A program made the translations under genes and the position numbers. Shown here piece by piece: positions 11,193 to 25,210 of a stretch of DNA of 64,000 bases. Source of the DNA: Octopus sinensis (taxonomy: Eukaryota); assembly GCF_006345805.1 (NCBI RefSeq), contig NW_021833026.1, positions 310,001 through 374,000 on the forward strand, read 5' to 3'. The stretch's first letter is position 1; each line of letters opens with the position of its first letter. The notes under the pieces are model-generated. The model ran no database searches. It was not told the origin of the DNA and saw nothing but the letters and a program-made list of their open reading frames with translations.

Positions 11193-13253
11193 TTAAATAT
11201 ATTGAAGCCTATCAATCCCAAGAATGTCGAAGAGAGTACCCAAGACTTGCGAGACCGAATGAACTATGAGCAACCGTCCTTGGTGAATGACCTTCCCCTC
11301 CTCTACAAGCGTGACACAACCGACCCACCTCGTGTGTCTATGCAATGACACTTTTCATAGAAATCAGAAAAAGACGTGCAGAGAGAATAGGCATACTCAC
11401 ACAACACATGCAATGCCAGCTCGTCCAAAGCACGATTAATGACTGTCGGGAACTGCAAAATGGAGAGACAGAGGTTCCTTTCTGACACATGAGATAACTC
11501 GTGGTCCCCCAAAGCAAAGCTAAGCAAATCGCTCTCGGAAAGTCCGGCCTGACGAATGATGGACTTAGTTCTGACGAATGAGTAGAGTAGATAGACTGCT
11601 GTGTTGCCTCGATCGTCCAACATCTAGAATAGAGAAGACAAACAACACCCGATCAAACGAGAAAACATAATCGTTCACTCTGTTGTGCATCAAATCAGAA
11701 TATTTAATACATCCATAAGCCACCGCCTGGATGGCCTGTCCAAACTGCTCCTCAGTCAACACTTGGTCCCTTCCCTTCTCCAAAAGCTTGTCACGTGCCC
11801 TTCGTTCCCCTTCATCAAAGAGTTCTGCCAATCTGACGACCTGCCCTGACCTCGTCTTTAAACGTTTTCTGTCACACGTAACCAAACAGACAAACCGATC
11901 CTCTCCCTGGACGACTCCGAACTTTACATGAACAACTGTGTGGTCGGAGGTCAACCACCCAGCACTGCGGGCCACGTCATATATCCCCTCCAAATGCTCA
12001 GACTGCCCAGAGTCGATCACATAGTATATCGAGGACACCTTCTGTTCAACCAGCCTGTATCTGATGGCTGCCAAATCGCTCGTGGCATAGGCAAATCCGC
12101 CATCAGACTTGACCACCGTGAGTGGGTAGGAAGTCCCACAATTCACGTAAATCAGCTTCCGACCCTCCTCCACTTTCACCAGCCCTCAAAATAGACCAAC
12201 CACTACAACCAAGTCTCTCCAGTTCTTCAACAGTGGCAGGCATCATGTCATTGTAGAAGGACTCTCCTCGGTTGATCAAATCGTCTATTTGTAGACGGAC
12301 GTATATTTTTGAGAACTCTAACACTGAGTGGGGGACACACACCGGCGAAGGAAGCCTTGCAGATGGTCTCCCATGCGAGAATGTGGTCTCCGTCGTATTT
12401 CTGGAGATTCACTACAGCCTGATAGGCACGTTTTTTGAACTCCTCGTCCTTCCCAAACCTCTCTTTGGCTTCACGTAAAAAATTTGCAAATTCCCAATTG
12501 ATGGGGTTTCCTCTCGAAAACGAGGAAAATTATCGGTTAAATGAGCAATAAGCATGCCAAATTGAGTCCCCCAGTCACCAATGTGAGATATTTTGATAGT
12601 TTCTCTCCCCCAAGCGAATTTTATTAGCCGAGACAGACTTTCCCCAATGATAGTGGAACGGAGATGCCCGACGTGCATTTCCTTGGCAATGTTAGGCGAG
12701 GACATGTCGAGAAGGACAGGGCCAGTGGACACCTCCGTCCGTAGAACAGGAGGACGAATTCCCAGAGACACAACTCGCTTGATTTGGTCGACAATAAAAC
12801 TGTCCTCCACAAAAATGTTAATAAAGCCCTTTCCTGACACGGAGAGCTATAGAACTAGGAGGAATGTCTATACCTGCTTGATTATGCTGCTTTTGGGTGT
12901 TCTGGACACGATTGCCTCGGCCACTTTGAGGGGATCCCCAATTAGTCCTTGGGATTTTAGTTTTTTGACGATTTTGAAAGCAATGCTGGTCTGGTAGTCA
13001 GCGAATGTGGTCAATTCCACTGAAAAGTCTGGCTCCAATTGAGGGAACAATGTATCTGAGGCAAACATGAGTATTTGATGGAGGGATAGTGATATATCGA
13101 CCATGTGGGAGTCGTAGAATGACTTTTCTTGAGAGTAGGACTGGAATAGATTGGTGGGGATACTTTTTGTAGATGTTCCAGTCGAATTTTTAATTTAGTA
13201 TATTCTTCAGAGTCTGTTTCGTTGATACCATTTTGGGTTTGAGAAATCTCCAT
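11193..13253 (-). CDS. RARS1: Cytoplasmic arginyl-tRNA synthetase
   Basis: [75 protein letters not shown]; N-terminal extension [11 protein letters not shown] as in metazoan ArgRS. Confidence 0.97.
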
Positions 13254-13559
13254 AAGACAACTAAATTAAACGAGTTTAACTAAATAATTTATTAACGTAA
13301 ATAAAAATAATATCTTAAAAATAATGACAAATATATACAGTCAAATTTTTCTAAACCGACTCTTTAGTATACCAGAACTCCTTTAAAACCAGACAAACTT
13401 CTGGTCCCGATTCATCACATAGGCCATCACTGCTATTTCATCCTTCTCTATTTCAAATAGCGGCTGTATTCTGTGGTCTCAACTTGATTTTCTGTTATAA
13501 TAAACCGGCCTTCTGCCATCAATCTATGTTCTAATCCTATTAATAGTTCTTAACCTCTA

Positions 13560-14098
13560 CACAACACATTCAACACATTCTATTTCTTCGTCGTCGACGA
13601 TGACACTAATTTTTCCAGACAGTGAAGTTGTCATTATTTTGGTTTTTTCACATTTATGAATAAGCCAAAAGAGGTACTGTTGTCTTTGACTCTCGTAATT
13701 AATTGCCTCAAGCCATCCTCTGTTTCAGACAGCAAAGTAGTATCGTCTGCATAACGGAGATTATTTATGTTAAGGCCACCAATCATGATTCTGATGTCAT
13801 TTTTGCAATTTAACTCCTCCATGACTTTTTCCGTGTAAATATTAAACAGTAGCGGGGATAGAATACAGCCTTGTCGGACGCCCCTCCCAATACCGAAACA
13901 GTCTGTGTCTCCATAAGGGGTCCGCACAAAACCCACTTGGTCAGTATAAAGAGATTTTATTATCGATATGAGATGATGAGAAATTCCAAATTCTTCCAGG
14001 ACGGACCAAAGTTTCACGTGAGATACGCAATCAAAAGCCTTGCGATAGTCAATGAAACACATGAAAAGAGGCTTCTGGGATTCACGGGATTTTTCCAA
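13560..14098 (-). mobile_element. RTE-clade LINE reverse transcriptase fragment
   Basis: CFIDYRKAFDCVSH, GVRQGCILSPLLFNIY, NLRYADD. Confidence 0.9.
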
Positions 14099-14367
14099 AA
14101 TCCAAATTTATTAAACCCGATTGAATTAGCCTGGAGTACTTTTAAAGCATAAGTAAAAATATGCTAAGAGAAAAGATGCCAATAATTCTTAATTATAAAA
14201 AAACTTCAGATGGTACTCCAATTTCTGAATATAGGCTAAGAATATTGGAAGAAATTGTAGGAGACGCAAAAAAGGTTTTAACACCAGAAAAATTGATGGG
14301 ATTTGTTAACCAGGTTGAAGAATATTATCCCAGAGTTACTCGTAGTGAAGATTTTTTTGATTTTTAA
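14099..14367 (+). mobile_element. Tc1/IS630-type transposase C-terminal relic
   Basis: LNPIELAWSTFKA* motif, abutting the RTE fragment. Confidence 0.6.
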
Positions 14368-15366
14368 TGTAATAATTGTTTTGTTGCCCATTGTAAGCTT
14401 CCTGGTTTTTCTTGTAAATTCACAAGGTGGAATTTTTAGAGAAAAGCGACTTTCCTTGCTAAAAAAGTTATAGATGACGTCAAAGCACTGATAGGATATA
14501 TCTTCTTCGTTCACGGTGAGTTAAAAACTCTTTAGTTTCTTAAAAATCTAAAGTATGTTGGGGGAGAAAAACTGTATTTGTTACGACTGATATATTTTAG
14601 GCTCGGACCCGCCTCAGCTATTATACTCGGAGATAAATCCTAAAAAATAAAAAAATTAGGATTCAAGAAATTTGACATGCTTAAAGGCATGTTTATAGAT
14701 TTTCCGACAGTCTACTGTGATCAATTCAATTGCTTGAAGGAAAGATGTACGCTTAATAATATTTATTTAAAACTAGATTGTCGAACTCATTTTATGGCGA
14801 TGAAAAGGGGTTATCCTGCTCATTTGACTTTATGAACTCCTTTTTTGCGATTCATGTTTTAATGGTCAAATTTTTGTCGCTTTATTTTAAAATTAATTTA
14901 TAAAAACTCGGGAATATCATTTCCACACTCCAGAAGGGAAGAGAAACCGTAGTGAAGTTAAACAAAATAATATTTTTGGAGTTACATTTCGGTTTCATTA
15001 TCCAAAGTAATGACAAGCTTGAGATAATCAGACTTGACATATAATCTGTATGTTAGTTTTAAATCTACACCCCTCGACATTAAAATTCGAACACTTAATT
15101 TTAAGCAAATTTTTAATCATTTTCAATAAAATAATTTATCTGAGCTTCTTTATTTGTATTATTCTAATTATTTTAATATTTAAATATTTATTGAAACATA
15201 TAATTTTAAAGAATAAAGCAAAAAGTACTTAAAATTCGATACTTTAAATTTTAAATTATAAAGCACTGGTTCCAACTTTAAGGTGCTCGCGGGACCCTTT
15301 TATGTTATTTTTTGCAAAAGTCTTCCAATAAAATTTTTAAAATTTTCATTTATAACATAATTATTA

Positions 15367-16831
15367 TGTCGCGACCCACGCTGGCGACCATCCCACGCTG
15401 GCGACCATCAGTTTGACAGGTTATGACCTTCAGTTTGACAGGTGATTTAAACCGGAAAAAATTCATTTTAAGAAATGGTTTAGCGTCATTTTACAAAAAA
15501 AATATGGTTTCTCTCAAAAGATGTTAGCATGAAAAAAGCGACTCAATTTATCATTATTAATGATCGGTATATTTGCGACTCCTAACTCATAGTCTTTATC
15601 TAAAGGACGAGAATAACCAAAAACACAAATTGGTCATTTGTCTGGACAATGAAATGGAGATGAGGACACTAGCATTCGCCATTCACCAAGAATCCCACTG
15701 GGAAATACGAAAGCTTCAGAAAAAGTGCAGTGAATTCTATTTCACTGTAAAACGTCCAATCATCGAACAAATTATAAAAGACTGCGAAATTTGTAAATTT
15801 GCCCTACCATTGAAAGTATTTAAAAAAAATACCTAGGTGTCGGATTCTAATTACCATGTAACTGCAGGAAAACCCAATGAAAGATTCCAGGCGGATCTTA
15901 TTGTTGTTAGAAGATATAAAGATTTTAACGATGGATCTAATTGGATACTAACAATTATTGACATCTACAGCAAATTTGTTGTCTGCAAATCTTTAAAAAA
16001 TAAAACTGCTTCTGGTAAGACTTGAAATTTAATTGAAGAAGTGGTGAATAAATTCCAAAAATTGTTTTATCAAATTGGATATTGTCAGATCTTGCAAACG
16101 GACAACGGGTTGGAATTCAAAAACCAACTTATGGCTCAACTATGCGAGGAATAAATTTGAAATAAATTAGGGTGTAATTGAGCGCTTTAACTAAATATTG
16201 ACACGTGGTATGGCAAAACTGATGGATAAAGAAGGAACTAAAAATTGGAAACAATACGGCGGACATATTACGAACAAATTTCGACCTCTCTAAAAATCAA
16301 ATTATACAACATGCTACTGAAACCGGTCTTATTGTACAATTTCTCTAGATAAAAAAATACGTAAAAATTGGAAACAATTTTTAGACAAAGTAACTTTTTC
16401 CTATAATACGACACACCACTCGGCGATCCCAGGTTATAATCTTATTTATAATTTAGATGAAAATAACGAGGCATCGTTTGTTGAAGATGAACTTAATGGT
16501 AAATTTACGATGTATTTATTTTTAGAAATGAATAATAAAAGATTGTGGGACGAATCCGTCATGAATCCCCATATGAAGAAAAGGGAAAAGTAAAAAATAT
16601 AATGTCTAAATACAGATTAATGGTTAGTTGTCTTTCCTAACAAACATTTAGTTCGAATTACGAAATAGTTACTATGAATAGAGATAAAAAATGTTAAGTT
16701 TTTTGATTTTTTAGCAATTATCTTTAGTCAGTAATTAGTGTCAAACTATGTAGGTCGCCCTGTCAATCTTGTCAACAATGAAGGTCGCTCTGGTCGCCAG
16801 CGTGGGATGGTCGCCAGCGTGGGTCGCGACA
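15367..16831 (+). mobile_element. Ginger2/TDD-type integrase DNA transposon (decayed), ~40-bp TIRs, TSD TATTA
   Basis: TGTCGCGACCCACGCTGGCGACCATCCCACGCTGGCGACCA and its inverse at the right end; TATTA at 15362-15366 and 16832-16836; HHCC finger (HQESH..CEIC), ERFQADL, IIDIYSKF, LQTDNGLEF. Confidence 0.9.
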
Positions 16832-17737
16832 TATTATAACCAAAAAGAATTCTTCGATATCAGAGCATTGCGGTGAAGAATGCAATGACTACTAGTACAG
16901 TTTTTAGCAATTTGCTTTATCCTTAATAAAACTCCAGAAAAATTTCCAATCATACATTTAGCTTTATCAGAATAGACATCCACGCATTTATTAAAATTTA
17001 CGTTTTTTGTAATAAAATACAGTCAAACCTCTCGAATCCGCTTGTTTTAGTCAAAAATTTTGAATTAATGTTAAACGTGTAAAAATTTTTGATTATTAAC
17101 AAAATAGGCTCGCGAGCCAGCTTCTTCAGACCCCTGTACTTAACTTTCTATCAACGAAAAAATTTATATTCTTCGTTATATTTCTGAAAACCCGTTAATG
17201 TCTGCTTCACAAATTTCAACAATTTTATTTGTCAGATTGAAAAAGAAAATTTTTCCGAGAGCGATAAACGATCTTAACTCAAAATCCGATCTATTAAACA
17301 GGACTGATATAAAAACATTTAACGATACAAGAATTCCTAAACTCAAGTTTAATGAAATTAATGAGAAACTGATAGTGTGGATTATCCTAAGGGAGTCAAA
17401 GGGGCCAATTATATCTGATTTAATAACCATTTCAAAGTCTTTTAAATTTTGAAAAAATAATGCAAGCCGTGGATGGCCAGAAAATTTCAAGACCCGAAAT
17501 GGTCTTAAACTAAGAAAACGTCACAGAGATATAGGATCAAAAAACTAAGAAATCAACAACATTAACAAAGATTGTGAAATTAATTATGAAGAAGTAATTA
17601 AAAAATGTGAACTCAACTCAATGGTGCAATTTCATATGATGGATTTCTTAATATGGCTATATTGAAAATTTTATTATTTATATTCGTAGGATTTATTATT
17701 AAAAATAAATAATTTTATCGGTGTGTCGTGGTTGTGA

Positions 17738-18183
17738 ATGAAAAAAGTAACAGTCACAAAAAGTGACTTTTCCAAGAGCAATGTGATTAAAATGCGAGTA
17801 TATTTTACTGGAAATAATTCAGTTTATGCAAAGAAATAAATCTAATTTCGAAATAGAGGAAAAACCGAGCATAGTAGACCCCCATCACTGGTACCTGGAT
17901 GTACCTCAACTCGGCTTTTCAGTCGAAGAGAGATTAATGGAGGAACCAACCCTTCGACTGGCCCACACCTCCTACGGGGGATTCAATATCCCTGTCGAGG
18001 TGTTGATAAGTCTAACCCCGTAGGAGTTCATGAAGGAATGTCACCCAGCCAATTCTCCTATTAAGAAGGCAGGCCAATTTGCGTAGTTTTGGTTGTTGTA
18101 TGTTTAAGTGGTCCGGTCGCAGCCATTTCCAAGAAATTCAAGAAGAAAGGGATTAGAGAGAATAAGACAAAAAATAAGATTAA
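17738..18183 (+). CDS. Possible small, divergent YEATS-domain protein; exon structure unresolved
   Basis: HHWYLDV...EEPTLRLAHTSYGGFNIPVE resembles YEATS THxW...PPFEVxExGYxGFxIPIE; bounded by AT-rich spacers. Confidence 0.35.
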
Positions 18184-18254
18184 AAAATAACTTTTTTATA
18201 AATTTATTTGTGTTTTATTTTTAAATTATTTAAATTTATTTGACGTGGGTATTT

Positions 18255-19023
18255 ATGGCTTCCAAAAGGCGTTGTTCAGAGTCGGACTCTCAAGCAGGTT
18301 AGGCTAGTTTTTGGTAGTTCAGAAACCGAGATTGCTAGCGAGACATACGAATTGTCTACTTTCCGGAATCTATCATTGATGGAGGAGTAAGTCTTCTAAA
18401 TCATCTCCCAGAGCATATTTGAGACGATCGAGGGAGATAAAGACCAAAATAGCTCAGCTAGAACAAGGGGTGTTGGAAGAGTACACCAAGTCGTTGGAGG
18501 CACACGCACATCGAACTGCTTGTCTGAGAAGCTATGCCCTGACCAAACACGAATGGACTGTTGTGGTGTAAATTTGAGGTTTTAGAAAAAAAGGATTGAA
18601 TTGGAGTACTCGGATGAGATTCGAGCTCACGAAGATGAATTTTTGGTTTTTTCTATCTTTGAGTATTTTCAGGCCAAAAAGGCTGAATTGAAGGATAAAA
18701 TGCTGAACGATATTCAACTGGAAAATAAGAAGTTTGTTGGTCATTTGCTGGAGTTGGAGATCACTGGTTTGCCCTGTTAATTTGGATGGCAGATAATCCT
18801 AAGGCCAGGACTGAGACCACTCGTACTCTTCGAAGACGCGAGCCCACTTCCCAGGTGCAGGATCGACGGCGTAAATTACACGAGGGTGACTCATTCTTCT
18901 TTATTGGTGCCAGTTGCTAACCTGCTGGTCTTTGACGAGGAAGGGGTCGAGGCTGACCTTAAAAAAATCGAACGTGTTCTTGCTGATGCCCCTGCTGGTC
19001 CCTATTTTTATTACTCTCTATAA
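18255..19023 (+). CDS. SDS3/BRMS1-family Sin3-HDAC subunit
   Basis: Spliced reading gives KIAQLEQGVLEEY, ELKDKML, TRTLRRR, DRRRK and C-terminal EEGVEADLKKI, the typical Sds3-like layout. Confidence 0.65.
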
Positions 19024-19499
19024 ATTCACTTTTTTTAATTATGTTTTTATACATTTATTTGAAGCATTTGAGTCAGTAGATTAGGACTTTTTGATCAGAT
19101 TTTGGAAAAGTCTGGTTTAGATGGATCGAAAGGGTGATCTTGCGAGGGGACAGTTTTTTTCCCATGATATTTGTCCTTGTATTAGACCCTTCAAGGCGTT
19201 TATTATCTCATAACTTCCCAAAGGTTTCTATTGGCAAGGAAATTTGTGCACGTTGTTTTTGACAAATCACCTTCACTTTATCTATCATTTGAAACTTGTC
19301 TCAAAAGTTAGGATGTTATTGTTCTTATACCTCCTCCGTACAATTTTGAAAGAGGATTGAATTCAATTTATTTTCAAAGTGCACGTAGTCTTCTTGGATT
19401 CCTTGTGGACTTAAAACACAGAAGTAGTGTTTGAAAAAAAATCTTCAAGATTCTTCAAATCAAAATGCTGGAAAAAACTTATCTGGCTACTATTGAAGA

Positions 19500-20090
19500 G
19501 TTCTTGAAGCACAGAACATAACTCAATGTGTTCCCACTGAATAAGAAGGAAAAAGACTGTTGACCACTGCGTCACTAGATGTGAGAAGATGTTACATGGG
19601 GATTATGTCATGAGGTATGATGAAATAGTGAGATCCATCTATTTTCATTTATGTCAAAAATTCGAACTCAAGAATAATAAAAAGCTCAAAACACATTCTG
19701 TAGAATCTATATCGTCAAATGAGGTTGAAATTAAAGTGAACATATTTATAAAGACTAACATTGTCTTGGAACAAAACAAACCCGATTTGTTTGTTTTAGA
19801 TAAGATACGGAATTAAATTTTTTCGTTAAAGTTAGGATAAAATCTTTCCAAAATTTACAGCAAGTGGAGATTGAAAAATTGAGAATATGCCCTTTATCAA
19901 AAAGCTGGAATTAATTTATCATTTATTATGCAAAAGTGCAAATAGTGCTTATTGTATTAACATGAACTTTTAATCAAAAATCCCTACAATTTCGCTCAAC
20001 ATCATTGAGAGAACACACGCATACATCCACTCATTTATTATAAAGAAAATTCTCGAGAGCATGATTGTTTCTTATCGGAACAGAGTTGAA
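19500..20090 (+). mobile_element. Degraded C-terminus of an RLE-type non-LTR retrotransposon
   Basis: TVDH...C..MLHGDYVMRYDEIVR (Zn knuckle/RHD) and NKPDLFVLDK, with stops and frameshifts. Confidence 0.75.
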
Positions 20091-21643
20091 GGATTTTTGA
20101 ACTCGACAAAGAATAAAGAAAATTTATTAAAAATAACTGTGACTACAAAACGTCAGGATTTCGAAAGGAAAAAGCGGGCTTGCCTACCTGAATCATTATG
20201 CAAATAGAGGAAGTAGGGACTATATGGAGAAGATTATTTAATGAATACTTATTTATGTTTGATCTTAAAAAATCATAGATTCATTTGAATGTATTAATGT
20301 TTAAATGAGTTAAAAAATAAATTTAAGTATATAGGGAGTAGTAGAACCCAGTCTTACATAAATGGTTCACTCAACGTCCTAAATAGGTTGCTATTCTTTC
20401 GATCACGTGGGTAAATTGAAGGCTTTTCATCGGAATTTTTAAATATTTCCTCCTTTAGATAGGATAGTTACAACTATTAGTATGAAAAGAAAATATTGAA
20501 TAATTAGAGAAACCATTCATTTAGCATATGATTGTTCTCTCTGGATCTACCAACATCATAAGCCCGGTTTAAATGGCTTGTTATTATTTGAAAGTTACAA
20601 GTAGTCAAATTTTAGATTAAACCTGTACACCATCACTTTTTACTAATAGCTATCGAATTTATCTTTACAAAATTATCCCTTTACGATACCGAAATTCGAC
20701 CAATCATTGTGAGAAAAAACAGAACTATGATACATGAGAGTTCTGAACCACAAGAATAAGAAAACCGCCTTTGCAAGTCTATCGACGGATGAATTCGTCA
20801 TACTCTACGACAAATCGGCACAAATATTCCAAAACTGACGTCTTGCTTCAAAACTGATGATCTTATTTAGGGCACATGCAACAAAGTGATATTATCATGT
20901 TCTACTGACAGGACTAAATATTAAACACAAAAAAATAAAGATTAAGATTTTTGTTCTTCCAAAGTCATAGTTTTTCCACGCTTGGCCCTTAGGTAACAAA
21001 AATCTAAATCAATTTTTTGTTTTTCAAAATAATAATTCTCCTTCTTCTCAAGCCCACTTTCTTTTCTTTTTTGACATTAGTTCTCGAGATCTCCGCGAAG
21101 GCTCAATAATGTTTGTCGATAGTCGGTTTTTTGAAATAGATCGAGACAGTTTCCTTTAAAACCGAGATCTTTTGGAAAAGTTAAGACTTATAAAATAATT
21201 ATATTTACTTTAATTGGAATTTAAGCAGTTTTTCTAATCAGACTTAAAGATTCTGTATCCTATTTTTATAATTTTGTAAAAAAGTGGATTTAAAAAAAAT
21301 GATAATGTCCAGGGAATAATTAACATACGAATTGGAATTTTTCAATTTTTTGTACTAATTATCATATTATTTTTTTCATTTTTTGATTAACTAATTCAGC
21401 GTCTACCGATTTAAATTAATATAGGAATTTTTTGATTCACTAAATTCCTTTAACATAAATAAAACTTTGGCAGTAGTTTTTTTTAAATAAATTTTTTGAG
21501 AACAAAACAGAAGATTTTGATTATCAACAAAATATAAAACAATAATACTCAAATATCACTTATCTAAAAACAGACCGTCGTGGATACTACGACACCGTTT
21601 TTTAATAAATCGACAATGTTACGCAAATTGTGTTTTTTGAGAA

Positions 21644-22231
21644 ATGCATTTTTCATTTTATCCCGACTATTGTCATTTTGCAAATGATTCTGTGCAAGTG
21701 GATGGTACGAGTCATCAAACAAATACTCCTCAGTCGTCTTTCGAGTCACATGACCGTTCTAGAGAATATTCCGACAAAACCGACACTTTTCATAATATTT
21801 TTGAATGGGAAAGCTCCGGAATTGATTGGGAAGTGCAATATCACTCAAAAATGGAATATTTTTCAAAGATATTTCGAAAAGAACGTAAAAGATTTGGTTG
21901 GACTCAATCAGAAACAGCACTGTGGATGAAAAATAATGGACACGATGTTTCCCAGTCCACAATAAGCAGATTCGAAGGCGGAAAGCTCTCCCAATCCTGC
22001 TTAAAAAAAGTGGAGGACTCATTTCTTTGCACACTGTTCTTCTTCTGCAAACCATCTGACACTGTCCAACAAAGTCCACTGAAGCAACATAAATCACTCA
22101 ACAGAAATACTAAAAAAAAGCTGGAAACATTTTTTGAAAGCGCAATCACCGAAGCCTCTCAAATCACAAGCCTACCAGAAACGGAGATCCGACATTGGTT
22201 GGGAAACAGAGCTCAGAACAATAAAACATAA
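21644..22231 (+). CDS. Divergent POU-domain transcription factor
   Basis: FSKIFRKERKRFGWTQSE...SQSTISRFE (POU-specific domain) followed by a shortened homeodomain LETFF...EIRHWLGNRAQ. Confidence 0.8.
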   Translation: MHFSFYPDYCHFANDSVQVDGTSHQTNTPQSSFESHDRSREYSDKTDTFHNIFEWESSGIDWEVQYHSKMEYFSKIFRKERKRFGWTQSETALWMKNNGHDVSQSTISRFEGGKLSQSCLKKVEDSFLCTLFFFCKPSDTVQQSPLKQHKSLNRNTKKKLETFFESAITEASQITSLPETEIRHWLGNRAQNNKT

Positions 22232-22444
22232 ATAACTTTTTTTTTAATAAAACCTAATATCGACTAATCTCGCTTTTATCAGTTGTTTCAAAAATCATTG
22301 AAAGATTTGAATTGAAAATGATTTATCCTCATCTTCCATTTGCAAAATCTTGTCCACAGTATTCCACGACAACACAATTAAAAACCTTAACTCAATTAAT
22401 TGCAAACTGATTTAACAATTTTAAATTTTCTCAAAGAACTATAA

Positions 22445-22698
22445 ATGTATCGGTCGATCTTATTAATCTTTTTGATCGCACTTCGAGACCTGTTCTGAGT
22501 AATAAAATTGTTATGACCAATATTCCAACAATTCTGAAGCGTTGGCTAACAATCTTTTTATCGGGCTGCTTTGGCCAAACAGAAGTCAGAGGATACACAT
22601 CTCACTTTCAATATCTACCAAATGGGATCCCGCAAAGCTCAGTACTATCGCCAGCTTTCTTCAATGTCCATTTAGGTGACGCACCAGGAAAAATATGA
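22445..22698 (+). mobile_element. LINE reverse transcriptase relic
   Basis: GIPQSSVLSPAFFNVHL. Confidence 0.6.
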
Positions 22699-22730
22699 AT
22701 AACTAAAAAATAAGAACAATAAAAAATTAA

Positions 22731-24831
22731 TTAGGATGTTAAATTGGAATCTTCAATATACTCAAGCAAGGGGGCATCACAAGTATTCTGCATCTCGAGG
22801 GCAGTAGCCCGACAGGCATTGGTGTAGTCGGCAGCAGTAATTTTGATGTACTGCACATCCGTCATGGCTTGCAGAGAAAAGTCAGAAATAAACGACTCTC
22901 TAAGCGGAATGGGAAACATATCCACGGTGGGTCGTCGTCGTTTGCACACAGATATCCTCTCGCCTATACGTAGACAAGAAATGAGACTTTTGATGGCCTT
23001 GATTCCGAAATACGTAAAGGCTCCTGCGTCGAAGAAGAGCTTCTCCTTGCCCACACATACTATACACCGACCTTGGAGGAGAAGCACGAAATAATCCGCT
23101 GCCTCGTTAAAGCGGTAGATAAATCGAGAGTCGGGATCGGTGTACATGTCGGGGGAAGAAATGACATTCAGATTGACCACAGGACTCTGTTTTAGTAGCC
23201 GACGAAGCACGGAGTCAGAAATGAATTTAGGCCCAAATATATCGACAGCTACAAATGAGGACTAAGGAATACTCACAGGTGGAAAGAAACTGGAAAGCAG
23301 CCAACATCATTTGAGGAGATATCTGTGGAGTGGGGGACTGCGAGTTGAAACAAGTAAAGTCAAGTCGATTAACAACTCGCTTCCTCTTAAGTCGATTGTC
23401 GGCTGGGAATAATCAACCAACACAACTGATCGAGTCGGTCTCGTCCACAATTTCAGCCTGAAGGATCTCTTCAATAATATCCTCGAGGGTGATGAGTCCA
23501 GTCACCTCATACTCCCCAACACCCACCTCCCTCCTCACAATGGCCATGTGGGACCGCCCTGTTAGGAAGTCCTTGAGCATAGTCTCCAATGATATCTGTT
23601 CCAACACACTCATTATAGTCCGACGGTAAAAGTTGCAGATTGTCCGCAAAGGAATCGAGTCGTCCGGCCCAACGAAGGTCAGATCCTTCACGTTGAGGAT
23701 TGCCACAATGTTGCTCTTGGTGTCCTGGTAGATGGGAATCCTGGTGAACCCCTTCTGCATTATCCCCGACATTGTCTCAAAGTTGAGGATAGAGTCATAG
23801 TTCAGCATGAAGACGTCATCGATCAGTGTCATCACGTCCTTTACGTTCTTTTTGCACATTTCCAGTGCCCCTGCGATTATATTCATCGCATCACTCCTCT
23901 TCGGGTCGTTCTTTTGGACTGTTATCCTGATCAGGGCTATCAACTTCTCCCGCGAAAATGTCTGACCGATTTCCTCCCCCAAACATTTGGTCAGAATGAA
24001 CGAAATTGGAAACGAGAGTGGAAAAGTCACAAAAATAAAGAATATGGTGATCCATATGGTTTTGGCACCAACTTTCAGACTGTGCCGAGAACAAACAGCC
24101 TGAGGAATGATTTCCCCAAGAATGACGATGCCCAGAGTGGAAGCCACAACAGCTATGGCCCCTGACCCCACAATATCGTCAAGGAGAATAGTGATTGTCG
24201 TGTTGACCAGCACATTTCCGAACAGAATTGTACAGAGAAGCAGATTTCCACGTTTTCTAATGGGTTTGATAGCCTGGGCATATTTCCGTTCTGTGGGAGT
24301 CCCCGAATCTTCGATAATCTGCAATTCAGTCAGTCCCAAAGACATAAGTCCAAGATTAAGGCCACTGAACAGGCCAGTAAAGAAGAATCCAATGACCACA
24401 ATCATTATTTTGAGCCACAGTGGAAAGACAGCAGGGGCATGTTGTCTCACCAGAATAGTAAGCATAGGAGAACTGCCTAAATGAGTACACTTGTGTGTCA
24501 GGTTGTCGCATAGACACCCAAAATATGTCGTTTCTGGACGGAATGTGTCCACAGAGAAAGCAATACAGTTCTCAGAACTGAAACAAAGACCGGCTTCTGG
24601 GGAGGAATGGACGGAAAAGTCTGTACATTCAGACTGGACTGTCCGATTGTGCTCAGTGAACCAAATTTTCTTTGATGTTAGGTTACTTCCGAGGGCGAGG
24701 AGGGACACTCTTTCGCCAGAATAAACAACGATTCCTTCCTGAGTAAATATTGACTTGGAAGAGTCCACAGGGGAGAATGCCAATACGGATTCTTTCGAGT
24801 GGAAATAGGAAAATAAGAAAAGGAATAACAT
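22731..24831 (-). CDS. CNNM: CNNM (ACDP) metal transporter; true start probably slightly upstream (~24910)
   Basis: GLFSGLNLGLMSL, GNLLLCTILFGNVLVN, GEIIPQAVCSRH, CBS pair (GLITLEDIIEEILQAEIVDETD), CNBH domain (ADYFVLLLQGR). Confidence 0.95.
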
Positions 24832-25210
24832 ATACTACAACTATTGTGTAACAAATAGTATACCACTAATAATACATATATTCAATCTTGGGGGTCACTA
24901 AGCGACACATGGATTATAAATAAACTATTAATTAATAAAGATTTTGAATTATTATTATTTAAAATAAACAAAAGAAATAACGATTAATTGCGGGGATTAA
25001 ATATCGGTATTTTAATAAACCATTTGATTGCCTTTTTGCAGTGTTGACCTTATCCTAATCATTCTATTTTAAGTAAGAAGCTTTTATTTAAAAAAAACTA
25101 TTATTTTTTAATTTTTAAACATATTATTTATAAAGCTAATTATTTATATATGAATTAATTATAATTTCTATTGGAACACTCGACGTGGTGACCTATATTA
25201 CCCTCATCTA

